Shown here: positions 19,445-28,577 of the stretch, in pieces
How positions within the stretch are numbered: position 1 is the stretch's first letter
How the letters are laid out: the number at the start of each line of letters is the position of its first letter
IMG/VR virus record: IMGVR_UViG_3300010397_000013
Location: 1-56,196 of that record
Reading direction: 5' to 3' (one strand)
Length of the DNA: 56,196 nt
DNA from: a virus
Lineage: Duplodnaviria; Caudoviricetes
Made by a program: the position numbers and the translations under genes
Notes under the pieces: generated by a model
Database searches by the model: none
Told to the model about the DNA's origin: nothing
What the model saw: the letters and a program-made list of their open reading frames with translations, nothing else

Positions 19445-21844
19445 ATGAAATTTGGATCAGCGGAGAGTATAGAGTCGTTGTGCTGGCAACTGCGGTTAGC
19501 TGACTTTCCTCGATCCCAGAATCGTGCCCTGATCGATGAAGCATTCAATGGCGCACCTCCATACACCGATCAGGAACGACGAGATAACGGCATCAACGTC
19601 AATGTCAACTTTCTGGAAGGCACAAAGCTAGCCTTAGATGCCCGTCGCCAATATAACAATGCCCTCCTTAAACCGGGACGATTCTACACTGCCAAAACTG
19701 ATTACGGTCCAAAACATAAACGGCAGGATTATTCCACTGTAGTCAGCACTCAGGTAAACCGGATCATGAAGAATAATCCGGTCTATTACGAAACTCTGCG
19801 TTCCAAGATTGCTCTTTGCGTTCTGCACGGCATTGGCCCTGCCGCTTGGGGTGATCGTGACGGATGGTGCCCTGATGCGCTCGGTGTTGAAGATGTGTTT
19901 GTTCCATCGAACACACTTCTCACCATGAAGAACCTGCCATTCTTCGCCATCTACCGCGCTTACACCGCCAACCAACTTTCAAAACTAATTCACGGTCCAC
20001 AAGTTGATCCTGGCTGGAATGTTGATGTAGCTGAAGCCGCTATCAAATGGGTGGATCAAGAGGCGCAAATATTGATGGGCACAACCTGGCCTGAAATCTG
20101 GTCGCCAGAGAAGATGGCTGAACGAGTCAAGGGCGATGGTGGTTTGTATGCCTCAGATGCAGTTCCTACGATCAACTGTTGGGACTTTTATTTTTGGAAC
20201 GATAACGACAATGTGCAGGGTTGGAACAGGCGCATGGTGTTGGATGCTTATCAACCTCCTGGCATTGGTGGTGTCACACCAAACAGTGTTCCATCACGCC
20301 GTCGCAACAGTAAAGGGGAAGAACTTAGCTCAGACAAATTCATCTACAATCCTGGTAACAGAAAATACGGCTCGCGCTTGTCTGAACTGGTTACCTGGCA
20401 ATTCGCGGATCTCTCTGCCGTTGGACCCTTCCGATATCATTCCGTGCGCGGCCTTGGCTGGTTGCTCTATGCCGTGTGTCATCTTCAAAACCGGTTGCGC
20501 TGCAAATTCTCTGAAGCTTCTTTTGAAACGTTGATGATGTACATGCGGGTAGATTCACTGGATGACGCTGAACGCGCTTTGAAGGTGGAATTGATCTCAC
20601 GCGGTATCATCGACAACACAGTGAAGTTCATTCCACAAAATGAACGCTGGAATCCTAATCAAGCCTTAGCAGAAGGTGGATTGCTTCAAAACGCACAGAT
20701 CATCCAAGAAAACGCTTCGTCCTATCGGCCTTCACAGAACTACTCAGATCCCGGCAATGTCGAGAAGACCAAGTTTCAAGTGATGACTGAGTTGAACACT
20801 CAGACTGCTCTGATTTCCTCCGGGTTGCTTCAAGCTTATCGTTATCAGAAATCTGAGTTCATCGAAATCTTTAGACGATTCTGCAAGAAAAACTCGCGTG
20901 ACCATGAAGTGCGCGAGTTCCGCAATAACTGCCTTCGTGGTGGTGTGCCGGAAAAGATTCTGGTGCCAGAAGCGTGGGAGATTGAGCCTGAACAAGTCCT
21001 TGGCGCTGGCAACAAGACGCTGGAAATGGCCACGACTCAGTTGCTCATGCAGTATCGCAATCTCTACGATCCAAGTGCGCAACGGCGAATCTTGCGTGAT
21101 GTCACTCTAGCCATCACGGATGATCCGGCGCGTGCTGATGATTTGGTGCCAAATGAACCTTCAACCAGTTACGCCACAGACGACGCTCAACGCGCTGCTG
21201 CTGTGCTTTTGGCTGGATTACCGATGGCGTTCAAGGAAGGCGTGGCTCATGATGAGTATGCCACCGCGCTCCTTAACTCCATGCAGCATGAGATTGGAAA
21301 GATCAAAGCCATGCAAAACAACATGGCCACACCCGATCAAATTGTTGGATTGCTGGCAATTGCTGGTGAGGATATTGAAGGCAATCCTGTTGGTGGAAAA
21401 AACGGCAACGGCGTAGCACAGCATTTGATCAAACTTTCCGAAGATCCTGAGTCACGTCAAACCGTTAAGCAGATGCGGGATGTGCTTGGTAAAGCCCTGA
21501 ACGAAGTCAAAGGTTTTGCGCAACGAATACAGGAACAACGCAAGGCTGTGGCAGAACAAAATGGACAAGCCGGAATGTCTCCAGAATCTCTGGCCAAAGT
21601 TGAAGAACTTAAACTCACTGCCGAGACCAAGCGCGAGTCCGCCCGCCAAAGCCACGGAATGAAAGTTGCCCAAAAACAGGTCGCCTTTGACCAAAAAATG
21701 CGCGAGCAACAGGATCAGCACCGTATGGACATGGAACGCCAAGCCGCTGAGGTGCAAGCGGACATTGCTGCTAAAGCCGCCCAGACCGCTGCGGAAATTG
21801 CTCGACAGGAAGCCAAACCCAAGGAATCATCCACGGCAGAATGA
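19445..21844 (+). CDS. Portal protein
   Basis: 799 aa, between TerL and scaffold/MCP; long Gln/Ala-rich C-terminal coiled coil (barrel) as in P22-like portals. Confidence 0.75.
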   Translation: MKFGSAESIESLCWQLRLADFPRSQNRALIDEAFNGAPPYTDQERRDNGINVNVNFLEGTKLALDARRQYNNALLKPGRFYTAKTDYGPKHKRQDYSTVVSTQVNRIMKNNPVYYETLRSKIALCVLHGIGPAAWGDRDGWCPDALGVEDVFVPSNTLLTMKNLPFFAIYRAYTANQLSKLIHGPQVDPGWNVDVAEAAIKWVDQEAQILMGTTWPEIWSPEKMAERVKGDGGLYASDAVPTINCWDFYFWNDNDNVQGWNRRMVLDAYQPPGIGGVTPNSVPSRRRNSKGEELSSDKFIYNPGNRKYGSRLSELVTWQFADLSAVGPFRYHSVRGLGWLLYAVCHLQNRLRCKFSEASFETLMMYMRVDSLDDAERALKVELISRGIIDNTVKFIPQNERWNPNQALAEGGLLQNAQIIQENASSYRPSQNYSDPGNVEKTKFQVMTELNTQTALISSGLLQAYRYQKSEFIEIFRRFCKKNSRDHEVREFRNNCLRGGVPEKILVPEAWEIEPEQVLGAGNKTLEMATTQLLMQYRNLYDPSAQRRILRDVTLAITDDPARADDLVPNEPSTSYATDDAQRAAAVLLAGLPMAFKEGVAHDEYATALLNSMQHEIGKIKAMQNNMATPDQIVGLLAIAGEDIEGNPVGGKNGNGVAQHLIKLSEDPESRQTVKQMRDVLGKALNEVKGFAQRIQEQRKAVAEQNGQAGMSPESLAKVEELKLTAETKRESARQSHGMKVAQKQVAFDQKMREQQDQHRMDMERQAAEVQADIAAKAAQTAAEIARQEAKPKESSTAE

Positions 21845-22041
21845 ACCGCCGAAGTTTCTTCCAAAAAGCTGCCGCCTTCGTCGCTGGGACTTTATTGGCG
21901 CTCAAGCTTAAATCAGAAATGTTCCCACAAAATGAACGCTGGAATCTAAACCAAGCCATGACGGAAGTGGACACTCCATTTAACCCCATAGATTACATGG
22001 GCCATTACACTTGGGAAACCATTAGCTTGAAGATGGACTGA
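21841..22041 (+). CDS. Small protein with Tat-like N-terminus containing a portal-derived segment
   Basis: MNRRSFF + hydrophobic stretch; PQNERWN shared with the portal. Confidence 0.55.
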   Translation: MNRRSFFQKAAAFVAGTLLALKLKSEMFPQNERWNLNQAMTEVDTPFNPIDYMGHYTWETISLKMD

Positions 22042-22066
22042 ATGATCACTGTTTAGAATTTAAGAC

Positions 22067-22330
22067 ATGATGTCGCCTAAAGCCAGATTCAATGCCAGTC
22101 CAGACCGTCGCTCTTTCCTTAGTCAACTTGTAGTCAACCCAACCTTCCTTGATGCCATAGATTCTGCCCTGCTCCAATACGGTGAAACCTTGGACGATCA
22201 ACAAGCTGCTGCCGTTGAAAGTGGAGTACGCCAGAAAGGTGCTCGCGAATTTGTTAAAGTGCTCCTGAACCTTTCCAAGACCATAGACATTCCACCACGT
22301 CCCGATCACGACAATCTGAAACGCACATAA
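22067..22330 (+). CDS. Small head-module protein
   Basis: 87 aa between portal and scaffold. Confidence 0.65.
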   Translation: MMSPKARFNASPDRRSFLSQLVVNPTFLDAIDSALLQYGETLDDQQAAAVESGVRQKGAREFVKVLLNLSKTIDIPPRPDHDNLKRT

Positions 22331-22332
22331 CT

Positions 22333-23667
22333 ATGCCAGCCGAAGCCCCCGTAGCTCCTGCCTCTGTTGCTGATGCCGCCGCTGATGCCGCCGCGCTTGG
22401 CGGTTCACGTTCAGGCTCATCTTTTGGCACAGGCAAAAACCTTGAAAGCTCCTTTTCCACACTCGACAAGTTCGCCAAACCACCATCTCATGAACCGGGG
22501 ACAATCCCACCGCATCCATCTCAGAAAGCTAAAGAAGCCGCCAAACAAGAACAGCCTCCTGAAAAAGCCAAAGAAACTCCACCACCTAAACCGGATGAAA
22601 AGGCAGCAGAAGAACCAAAGACCGATGATCCCGCCAAGCAAGTAACCGATCCAAAGGCTGTCGAACAAAAGCAAAAGAAGCCTGCTGATTTCCTACGTGA
22701 AAAGCTACAAAAAACTGAACAGGAACGTGACACGTTTAAGGCTGAGTTGGAGAAGGTCAAATCCATCAAGCCAGAGGACAACCCGGAGATCAAGTCACTC
22801 TCTGAACGCCTTGAATCCGCCCTGAAAGAGAAGCAGGCACTTGAAGATGAATTTCGTTACGTCAGTTACGAGAAGTCGCCTGAGTTCAAATCCAAGTATC
22901 AACAGCCGTTCAACGATGCCTGGAATCGGGGCCGGCAAATGTTGTCTCGCCTGAAAGTGACTGATGCTGAAGGTAACAGCCGAGCCGCTACTGCTGATGA
23001 TTTTGATTCGATCATGCAAAACTACCTGCACGATCCCGAAGCTGCCGCCACTCAACTCGAACAGATGTTTGGTTCACGCGCCAGTTTGGTCACTCCGCAC
23101 ATGCTTGAAGTGGAGAAGGCTGGGCACGCCATGAACGGGGCAATTGAAGAATACAAGAAGGTAGGCGCAGATCGTGAAAAGCAATATCACGAAACCAGTT
23201 CCAAAGTTTCCAAAGAGATCGAGTCACACTGGCAATCCGCCACTAAGCCTGAATCTGTCCCGGACCAGTGGAAACCGTTCGTGCTGCCTAAGGGCCAAGA
23301 CAAAGATGGCAAACCAATCGACGAAGAAGGTGATAAGATGTTGGAACGAGGGCTAGCTGAGTTCGACCGTGCTGCCAGAGAGAATGCACGTGATCCAAGC
23401 CTGTCCAAAGAGCAGCGTGAAGCCATTCTTGGCCGTGCTGCTGCCATGCGCAATAAAGCGGCAAGTTTCAATCGGTTGGTGCGCGATGTTAAAGCCGGAC
23501 AAGCTCGCATTGCTGAACTGGAAAAGGAACTGGAAGGCTTTAAGAAGTCTGAACCTGGCACAGCGGAAGGTGATTCTGACGCCACTAAGACAGTCGGTGC
23601 TGCCGCCGATACCATGGAAGGCGTGCTTGGTTCACTTGAGAAACGTGCGCAACCGAAGTTCCATTGA
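22333..23667 (+). CDS. Putative capsid scaffolding protein
   Basis: Disordered Pro/Lys/Glu N-terminus, long coiled coils, upstream of the MCP. Confidence 0.65.
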   Translation: MPAEAPVAPASVADAAADAAALGGSRSGSSFGTGKNLESSFSTLDKFAKPPSHEPGTIPPHPSQKAKEAAKQEQPPEKAKETPPPKPDEKAAEEPKTDDPAKQVTDPKAVEQKQKKPADFLREKLQKTEQERDTFKAELEKVKSIKPEDNPEIKSLSERLESALKEKQALEDEFRYVSYEKSPEFKSKYQQPFNDAWNRGRQMLSRLKVTDAEGNSRAATADDFDSIMQNYLHDPEAAATQLEQMFGSRASLVTPHMLEVEKAGHAMNGAIEEYKKVGADREKQYHETSSKVSKEIESHWQSATKPESVPDQWKPFVLPKGQDKDGKPIDEEGDKMLERGLAEFDRAARENARDPSLSKEQREAILGRAAAMRNKAASFNRLVRDVKAGQARIAELEKELEGFKKSEPGTAEGDSDATKTVGAAADTMEGVLGSLEKRAQPKFH

Positions 23668-23957
23668 TCATGGTCTGGATCGTGTTCATTCTGTTTTCGT
23701 TTCCATTCGTTGCAATTGTTTGGTTCGAGTTCTCTCTGTTATTCAAACGCATCAACAACGCCGATGCCCGCATTCTGCGCCTTGAACAAGTCGAAGATCG
23801 CCGCCATGCCTTCGATAAAACCATGGCAGACAAGGCGAGCGATACTATCAAGCTAAGGTGCAAACCAGATCCCACTTGTAAACACTGTCATGGACGTGGA
23901 CATATCGGGAAAAATACTGAAACGGGTCTTTTCATCGTTTGCACATGCTGCGGATAA
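23664..23957 (+). CDS. Membrane-anchored Zn-finger protein
   Basis: N-terminal TM helix; CKHCHGRG and CTCC. Confidence 0.6.
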   Translation: MIMVWIVFILFSFPFVAIVWFEFSLLFKRINNADARILRLEQVEDRRHAFDKTMADKASDTIKLRCKPDPTCKHCHGRGHIGKNTETGLFIVCTCCG

Positions 23958-23963
23958 ACTTTT

Positions 23964-24380
23964 ATGACTGAACCAACAATCAAACGCGGTCCCGGAAGGC
24001 CGCCAAAGAATCCTGTAATCACCGATGAAATGCACGCCGAATTAGCCAAGACGGTGCCGCCTGCTATGCCGGATATAGCCGAAACACTCCCAGCATTACT
24101 AGAAACCAATTCATCAAAAGTAGAAACGCCAGAAGCCATCACGCTTCCATCTCTGATGTCCGAACTATCCATCATCGGTGACATCCTTTCCAAACGGCAC
24201 AAGAACGCCATGGTTGGTTTGCGCTATTCACCATCCAGCACCGGATTCTACATCTTCAGTGAATACTCTACCGCTGAAGGCAAACTAAACCGATACACCT
24301 CGCGCAAGATCACTGATTCACTCACACCAAAAGGGCTGGCCATGGTCATTGAGGAAGTGAAAAGTGGAGTGGGGATTTGA
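23964..24380 (+). CDS. Hypothetical protein with AT-hook-like motif
   Basis: KRGPGRPPK at the N-terminus. Confidence 0.6.
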   Translation: MTEPTIKRGPGRPPKNPVITDEMHAELAKTVPPAMPDIAETLPALLETNSSKVETPEAITLPSLMSELSIIGDILSKRHKNAMVGLRYSPSSTGFYIFSEYSTAEGKLNRYTSRKITDSLTPKGLAMVIEEVKSGVGI

Positions 24381-24745
24381 ATAATCCTTGGTATAAACTT
24401 ATGGAAACACTTGCTTCTGCTCTCATTGGTCACATGGTAGGCGATTATCTAATGCAAAACGATTGGATGGCCCTCAATAAAAAGAAACATTCTTGGCCGT
24501 GCTTTGTTCATTGCCTCCTTTGGACTCTTTCAGTATTCAATTTTACCCAATGGGGATTGATTCCCTGTGCGTTCTTGTTCGTTACGCATTTTATTCAGGA
24601 TCGAACATACATTGTGAAGTGGTGCATGGAGCACGCAGGCCAATCTGGATTCACTCAACCGCCATTTGCTCCTTGGTCACTAATCGTCGTAGATAATACT
24701 TGGCATCTTGTCCAAATCTGGTTTGCTTGGAAATATCTAATTTAG
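24377..24745 (+). CDS. DUF3307-like membrane protein
   Basis: GHMVGDY.MQNDWMA..K, H...W, TH..QD, DNTWH motifs. Confidence 0.75.
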   Translation: MNNPWYKLMETLASALIGHMVGDYLMQNDWMALNKKKHSWPCFVHCLLWTLSVFNFTQWGLIPCAFLFVTHFIQDRTYIVKWCMEHAGQSGFTQPPFAPWSLIVVDNTWHLVQIWFAWKYLI

Positions 24746-24778
24746 TTGACTCAAACCCGTTAATTTGCTTCAATCGGC
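24746..24778 (+). promoter_or_regulatory. Putative promoter (copy A of a duplicated element)
   Basis: TTGACT-17-TTCAAT with upstream TG; contains TTAATTTGCTTCAATCGGC, also found at 25158-25176. Confidence 0.5.
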
Positions 24779-24829
24779 CCCGTCTCAGGAATGGTTCTTG
24801 GGACTATTATTATTATCGGTTTACAGATT

Positions 24830-25147
24830 ATGAAACTACGATTCGAGGTCAATCAAGCCGAAGCTTTCCGCCGAGGCATCAACATCGAAAAATCCATCGT
24901 CACAATTGACGTTGATCCTTCCAGCCTAAATCCGTTCCAACGAAGCATCATCGCGGATCGACTCAGAGGCATTGATGTTTGCAGGCTTGAACTAAATGCA
25001 TTCAACAAATTTTCTCCGTTAACTCGATTCGACGCCGAAGCCAAACGACATTATCCCAAACATGTTATAGCCAATGATGCAACCCTAGACGCACTCATTG
25101 ATGCCATCATGGAGGATGACAAAGTTATTTCAAAGAAAAGTGATTGA
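24830..25147 (+). CDS. Hypothetical protein
   Basis: ORF from ATG 24830, downstream of the putative promoter. Confidence 0.6.
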   Translation: MKLRFEVNQAEAFRRGINIEKSIVTIDVDPSSLNPFQRSIIADRLRGIDVCRLELNAFNKFSPLTRFDAEAKRHYPKHVIANDATLDALIDAIMEDDKVISKKSD

Positions 25148-25176
25148 TTCTGAACGCTTAATTTGCTTCAATCGGC
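25144..25176 (+). promoter_or_regulatory. Putative promoter (copy B)
   Basis: TTGATT at the same spacing to the identical 19-mer. Confidence 0.45.
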
Positions 25177-25377
25177 GGTGACGTGCAGTGAAGTGCATAA
25201 ACCTAAATTCTAAAATTTGCCCCGTCGACGACACCAGAACAAAGGAAGGCCAAGAACGAATACGCAAAGCAATGGCGCTCAAAGTGGACCGCCGAACAAA
25301 AACAAATAGACAAAGAAAAAAGGCTGGCAGCATGGAACGCATTATCCGAAGCGCAAAGGCAGCAAAAAAGAGATGCA

Positions 25378-25848
25378 ATGAAGGTTCGTTTCGACAAAAA
25401 CAAAGCTGCAATACTTGCAAATCGGAAAGGATATTACCACAAACGACAATTAAAAATCAAAGATGGACTATGTGTATCCACGTCAAATTGCACAGAACCA
25501 TTGGTAGGGAAAACAAGATTCTGTTTGAAGCACTGGTTGATAATTGTAGCCAATTCAAAAAGAAGGAAAAATGACACCAACCGAAATAGGTGCAAATGGA
25601 CTGAGCTTTTACTGTTGTGGAATCAACAGAAAGGGCTTTGCGCCATCACTGGAGTTGTTTTAACTCCGGGAATAAATGCTGAACTAGATCACATTGTTCC
25701 CGTTTCAAGAAATGGAACAAACCATATATCTAACCTTCGGTTTGTACATGAATCGATCAATCAAATGAAGGGCAGCAAACTGGATAGCGAATTCAAAGAA
25801 GTGTGCAGGTCGCTAATCCAAGGATTAACCAATTGGACAAACTCCTAA
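25378..25848 (+). CDS. HNH endonuclease
   Basis: CAITG...LDHIVPVSRNG...SNLRFV...N.MKG. Confidence 0.85.
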   Translation: MKVRFDKNKAAILANRKGYYHKRQLKIKDGLCVSTSNCTEPLVGKTRFCLKHWLIIVANSKRRKNDTNRNRCKWTELLLLWNQQKGLCAITGVVLTPGINAELDHIVPVSRNGTNHISNLRFVHESINQMKGSKLDSEFKEVCRSLIQGLTNWTNS

Positions 25849-25857
25849 AATAATCCA

Positions 25858-25886
25858 TTGACAGTTTTGGTGTAGCGTAGTAGTCG
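25858..25886 (+). promoter_or_regulatory. Putative promoter for the capsid leader
   Basis: Perfect TTGACA at 25858-25863; weak -10. Confidence 0.45.
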
Positions 25887-25889
25887 GTG

Positions 25890-26110
25890 TATCAGACGGT
25901 CATTGACCGAGCGAGTGCTGAGCACAGGTTGGCTGAGATACCAACCCTCCGTGGAACCATCAACCACGTTAATAAAAGACGGACATTCTAAATTCTAGCG
26001 ACTGCAAGAAGTCGCAGCCTGAGCGTAATTACGAACGCAGGGGCGGTGAGGGCAGAACTCCCGTAGCAGATTAACCCTAGCAGGGCAATTGTGCTAACTG
26101 CTAACACTTA
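25890..26110 (+). ncRNA. Structured leader / candidate ncRNA upstream of the MCP
   Basis: About seven consecutive hairpins in a non-coding gap. Confidence 0.5.
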
Positions 26111-26123
26111 GAAAGAATTTTTT

Positions 26124-27797
26124 ATGCCCGGTTGTCCAGACCCTACAGTGATTTCGGCCTGTAATTTTTCACAATTCCTCGTGGATCAAATGCCGGTCTA
26201 TGATCGTCTCATTTTGGAAGATATTACGCCAGTGGACTCATGGATACTCAATATGAAGACTGGAACTTTTTCTTCATATAGTGGCGTAGAGCACACGTTA
26301 GACCGTTTCAATGACGTGTGGCCCGACACCACCAAGCAATGGGATCGCACCCAATCCGGTAATTGCCTTGGAACACCTTGCGATAAGGCACGTCATAGCA
26401 TCGGCTGGGGCGCTACTCGGTTGAGTTACTTCCTTGAGGAACAAAGCTGGAAGACTCCATTGCTTTGCTACGACCAGGAGATGCACATCACTCATGCTCG
26501 TGAACATTTCCGCCAGATCATCAGCGACATTCTAAAGCCTTCGACTGCCGCGATTATGTCCAGCTTCATGCGCAAACGCGCCTTGATCAACGCTGGCAAG
26601 AAATGGGCGGCTAACAAAACCCAAAGCGATTTCACATTCACATTCTCAGTTGGACCAAATGGCGATGAAGAAATCTTCTTTGACACATCGGTAGCACCGA
26701 ACATCGGCGGCACAGACGCCACTGGCCTTGGGTTGCTTACTCCACAGATGTTGCAACGCCGGTTTGAGCCGCTCATGCGCATTGGTTACGGCGGCAAGAA
26801 TCCATTCAAAGAAACCGCTCCGTTCATTGAGTTGGTAACAGACATTGCCACTTGCTGGAGCCTTGATCGATTAGGTGGATCGGTTGGTGTTGGTGGAGGC
26901 AATAACCCCAATGTGCAAGCCAACTGGCGCTTTGAAGAATGGGGTTCAGCCAATAAGTATTGGCGCTATGGCTACTCCGGGCAGCTTGGCAACTTCATGG
27001 TTCGCACCGATTGGGCTGGCCTGCGCTTCAATTACAAGCAGGACTTGGGCGCTGGCAGTGCTCCCAATCGTTACCGCTATCAGGTTGTGTTGCCCTACAA
27101 GAACGTGCCTTCTACGGGTGCTGGCGGGGCTGCTGGTCTGCGCCGTATCGCTAATCCTGACTTCGACGCTGCGCAATATGCGATCAGCTACATCTGGCAC
27201 AAGATGGGTATGGAAGCCTTGGTTGCCGATGCTACTCCGGTTAATCCTGAGATGCCATATTCCAGCCGTAACTTCGGCGGCAAATGGCAGTTCGTCATGG
27301 ATAACCTTGGCGAAGACGAAAATGGCCGCGCTATCGAGAACTTCCTGCGCAACAAAGGAATGTTCGTGGCTGACTTCAAACTGGCTATTCGCCCGTTGAT
27401 GACCGAGTTCGTGGAAGGCATCTTCCATAAACGCGAACCGATGTGCGTCTATGTCGTGCAGCCGTGCAACAGCGACCCTGGCTATCCTTCTCAAGATTAC
27501 AATTCGGCCAATGGCGATTGCGACACCACCTATGAGCTTACGTTCACCCCGAACAAAGCAATTCATGGGGACGGCAGTGCGCAGACCTACGAGATCGCTC
27601 AGGACACCATTGTTTGCGATGGTTCACCCGTCAGCCATGCTGCTATTACTGGCACCACTACATTGGCGGCATTGGTGACACAGTTAAACACTTACGCTGA
27701 CTTCCTTGGCACATGGTCCGTTTCCGGCAGCAACATTGTCGTGGCCGGCACGACTTGCGCTAATCTGGAAATGAACTTCCTGGAGCACGTGGCTTAA
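26124..27797 (+). CDS. Major capsid protein
   Basis: 557 aa after the scaffold, with apparent bias to C-ending codons, own promoter/leader and downstream hairpin; C-terminal extension may be a decoration domain. Confidence 0.75.
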   Translation: MPGCPDPTVISACNFSQFLVDQMPVYDRLILEDITPVDSWILNMKTGTFSSYSGVEHTLDRFNDVWPDTTKQWDRTQSGNCLGTPCDKARHSIGWGATRLSYFLEEQSWKTPLLCYDQEMHITHAREHFRQIISDILKPSTAAIMSSFMRKRALINAGKKWAANKTQSDFTFTFSVGPNGDEEIFFDTSVAPNIGGTDATGLGLLTPQMLQRRFEPLMRIGYGGKNPFKETAPFIELVTDIATCWSLDRLGGSVGVGGGNNPNVQANWRFEEWGSANKYWRYGYSGQLGNFMVRTDWAGLRFNYKQDLGAGSAPNRYRYQVVLPYKNVPSTGAGGAAGLRRIANPDFDAAQYAISYIWHKMGMEALVADATPVNPEMPYSSRNFGGKWQFVMDNLGEDENGRAIENFLRNKGMFVADFKLAIRPLMTEFVEGIFHKREPMCVYVVQPCNSDPGYPSQDYNSANGDCDTTYELTFTPNKAIHGDGSAQTYEIAQDTIVCDGSPVSHAAITGTTTLAALVTQLNTYADFLGTWSVSGSNIVVAGTTCANLEMNFLEHVA

Positions 27798-27808
27798 AAC
27801 CGTCCGTG

Positions 27809-27844
27809 AAGGGGTTGGGTGCTTGATAAGTGCCCAACCCCTTT
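27809..27844 (+). terminator. Strong hairpin after the MCP
   Basis: AAGGGGTTGGG...CCCAACCCCTT inverted repeat. Confidence 0.7.
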
Positions 27845-27890
27845 ACACAATGAAACCGCTTCTAATCAAGTGGATGGAAGCCCCAAAAAT

Positions 27891-28181
27891 ATGGCTGATT
27901 TCTATAACGACGAAGCCGGTCCAAGCGAGGCACAGGAAGCACCCGAATCTGTGGAAGACAAGGATGAAGGAGAACAAACCGCGCTGGTCAACCAATCACT
28001 GTGTCCGGGGATGAAGGTTGGATCTAAGTTCGAGGTCGAAGTGGTTAGTGTTCTCGATGATGAGTACGAGATTTCATATCTCAAAAAAGACGAAAAAGAA
28101 GAAGAAAAGCCAAACCGATCCACCATGGAAGAATCAGAGGATCGGTTAGGGGCCATGGCTGTTCCACCATCGGAGGCATAA
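27891..28181 (+). CDS. Acidic hypothetical protein
   Basis: Glu/Asp-rich ORF from ATG 27891. Confidence 0.65.
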   Translation: MADFYNDEAGPSEAQEAPESVEDKDEGEQTALVNQSLCPGMKVGSKFEVEVVSVLDDEYEISYLKKDEKEEEKPNRSTMEESEDRLGAMAVPPSEA

Positions 28182-28182
28182 C

Positions 28183-28572
28183 GTGGCCTGCGATATAACA
28201 ACCTTGCTTAGCAATGCCAGTTGTTGGCAGTGCTTACCCCCAGGACAATGGAACCTGATCCGGCTCAGCTTATTGTGCAGGATCGCAAATGGAGATGATA
28301 GCGTGTGTGATGTTGAAACTCTTTTGGCGGAAGCATCCTGTTTCCAGTGTTTACCGGCAGGTCAGCAGCAATTGATCGAACTTTCATTACTCTGCCAAAT
28401 TGCCACTAATGGCGGCGGGGGTGGTGGAGGTTCAGACTTCAATTCTGATGGCGTCATTGACCCTGTGGCTGCACCAACCGATCCTACAAAAACAAATCTC
28501 TACACCAATACCGCTGCTGGCACATTGTGGATATGGCCAGCCGGGGGAGCAGCGTGGCAGCAAATAGTCTGA
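28183..28572 (+). CDS. Cys-rich protein with an internally duplicated ~40-aa domain
   Basis: CD..TLL..ASC.QCLP.GQ..LI.LSLLC.IA occurs twice. Confidence 0.7.
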   Translation: MACDITTLLSNASCWQCLPPGQWNLIRLSLLCRIANGDDSVCDVETLLAEASCFQCLPAGQQQLIELSLLCQIATNGGGGGGGSDFNSDGVIDPVAAPTDPTKTNLYTNTAAGTLWIWPAGGAAWQQIV

Positions 28573-28577
28573 TTTCT

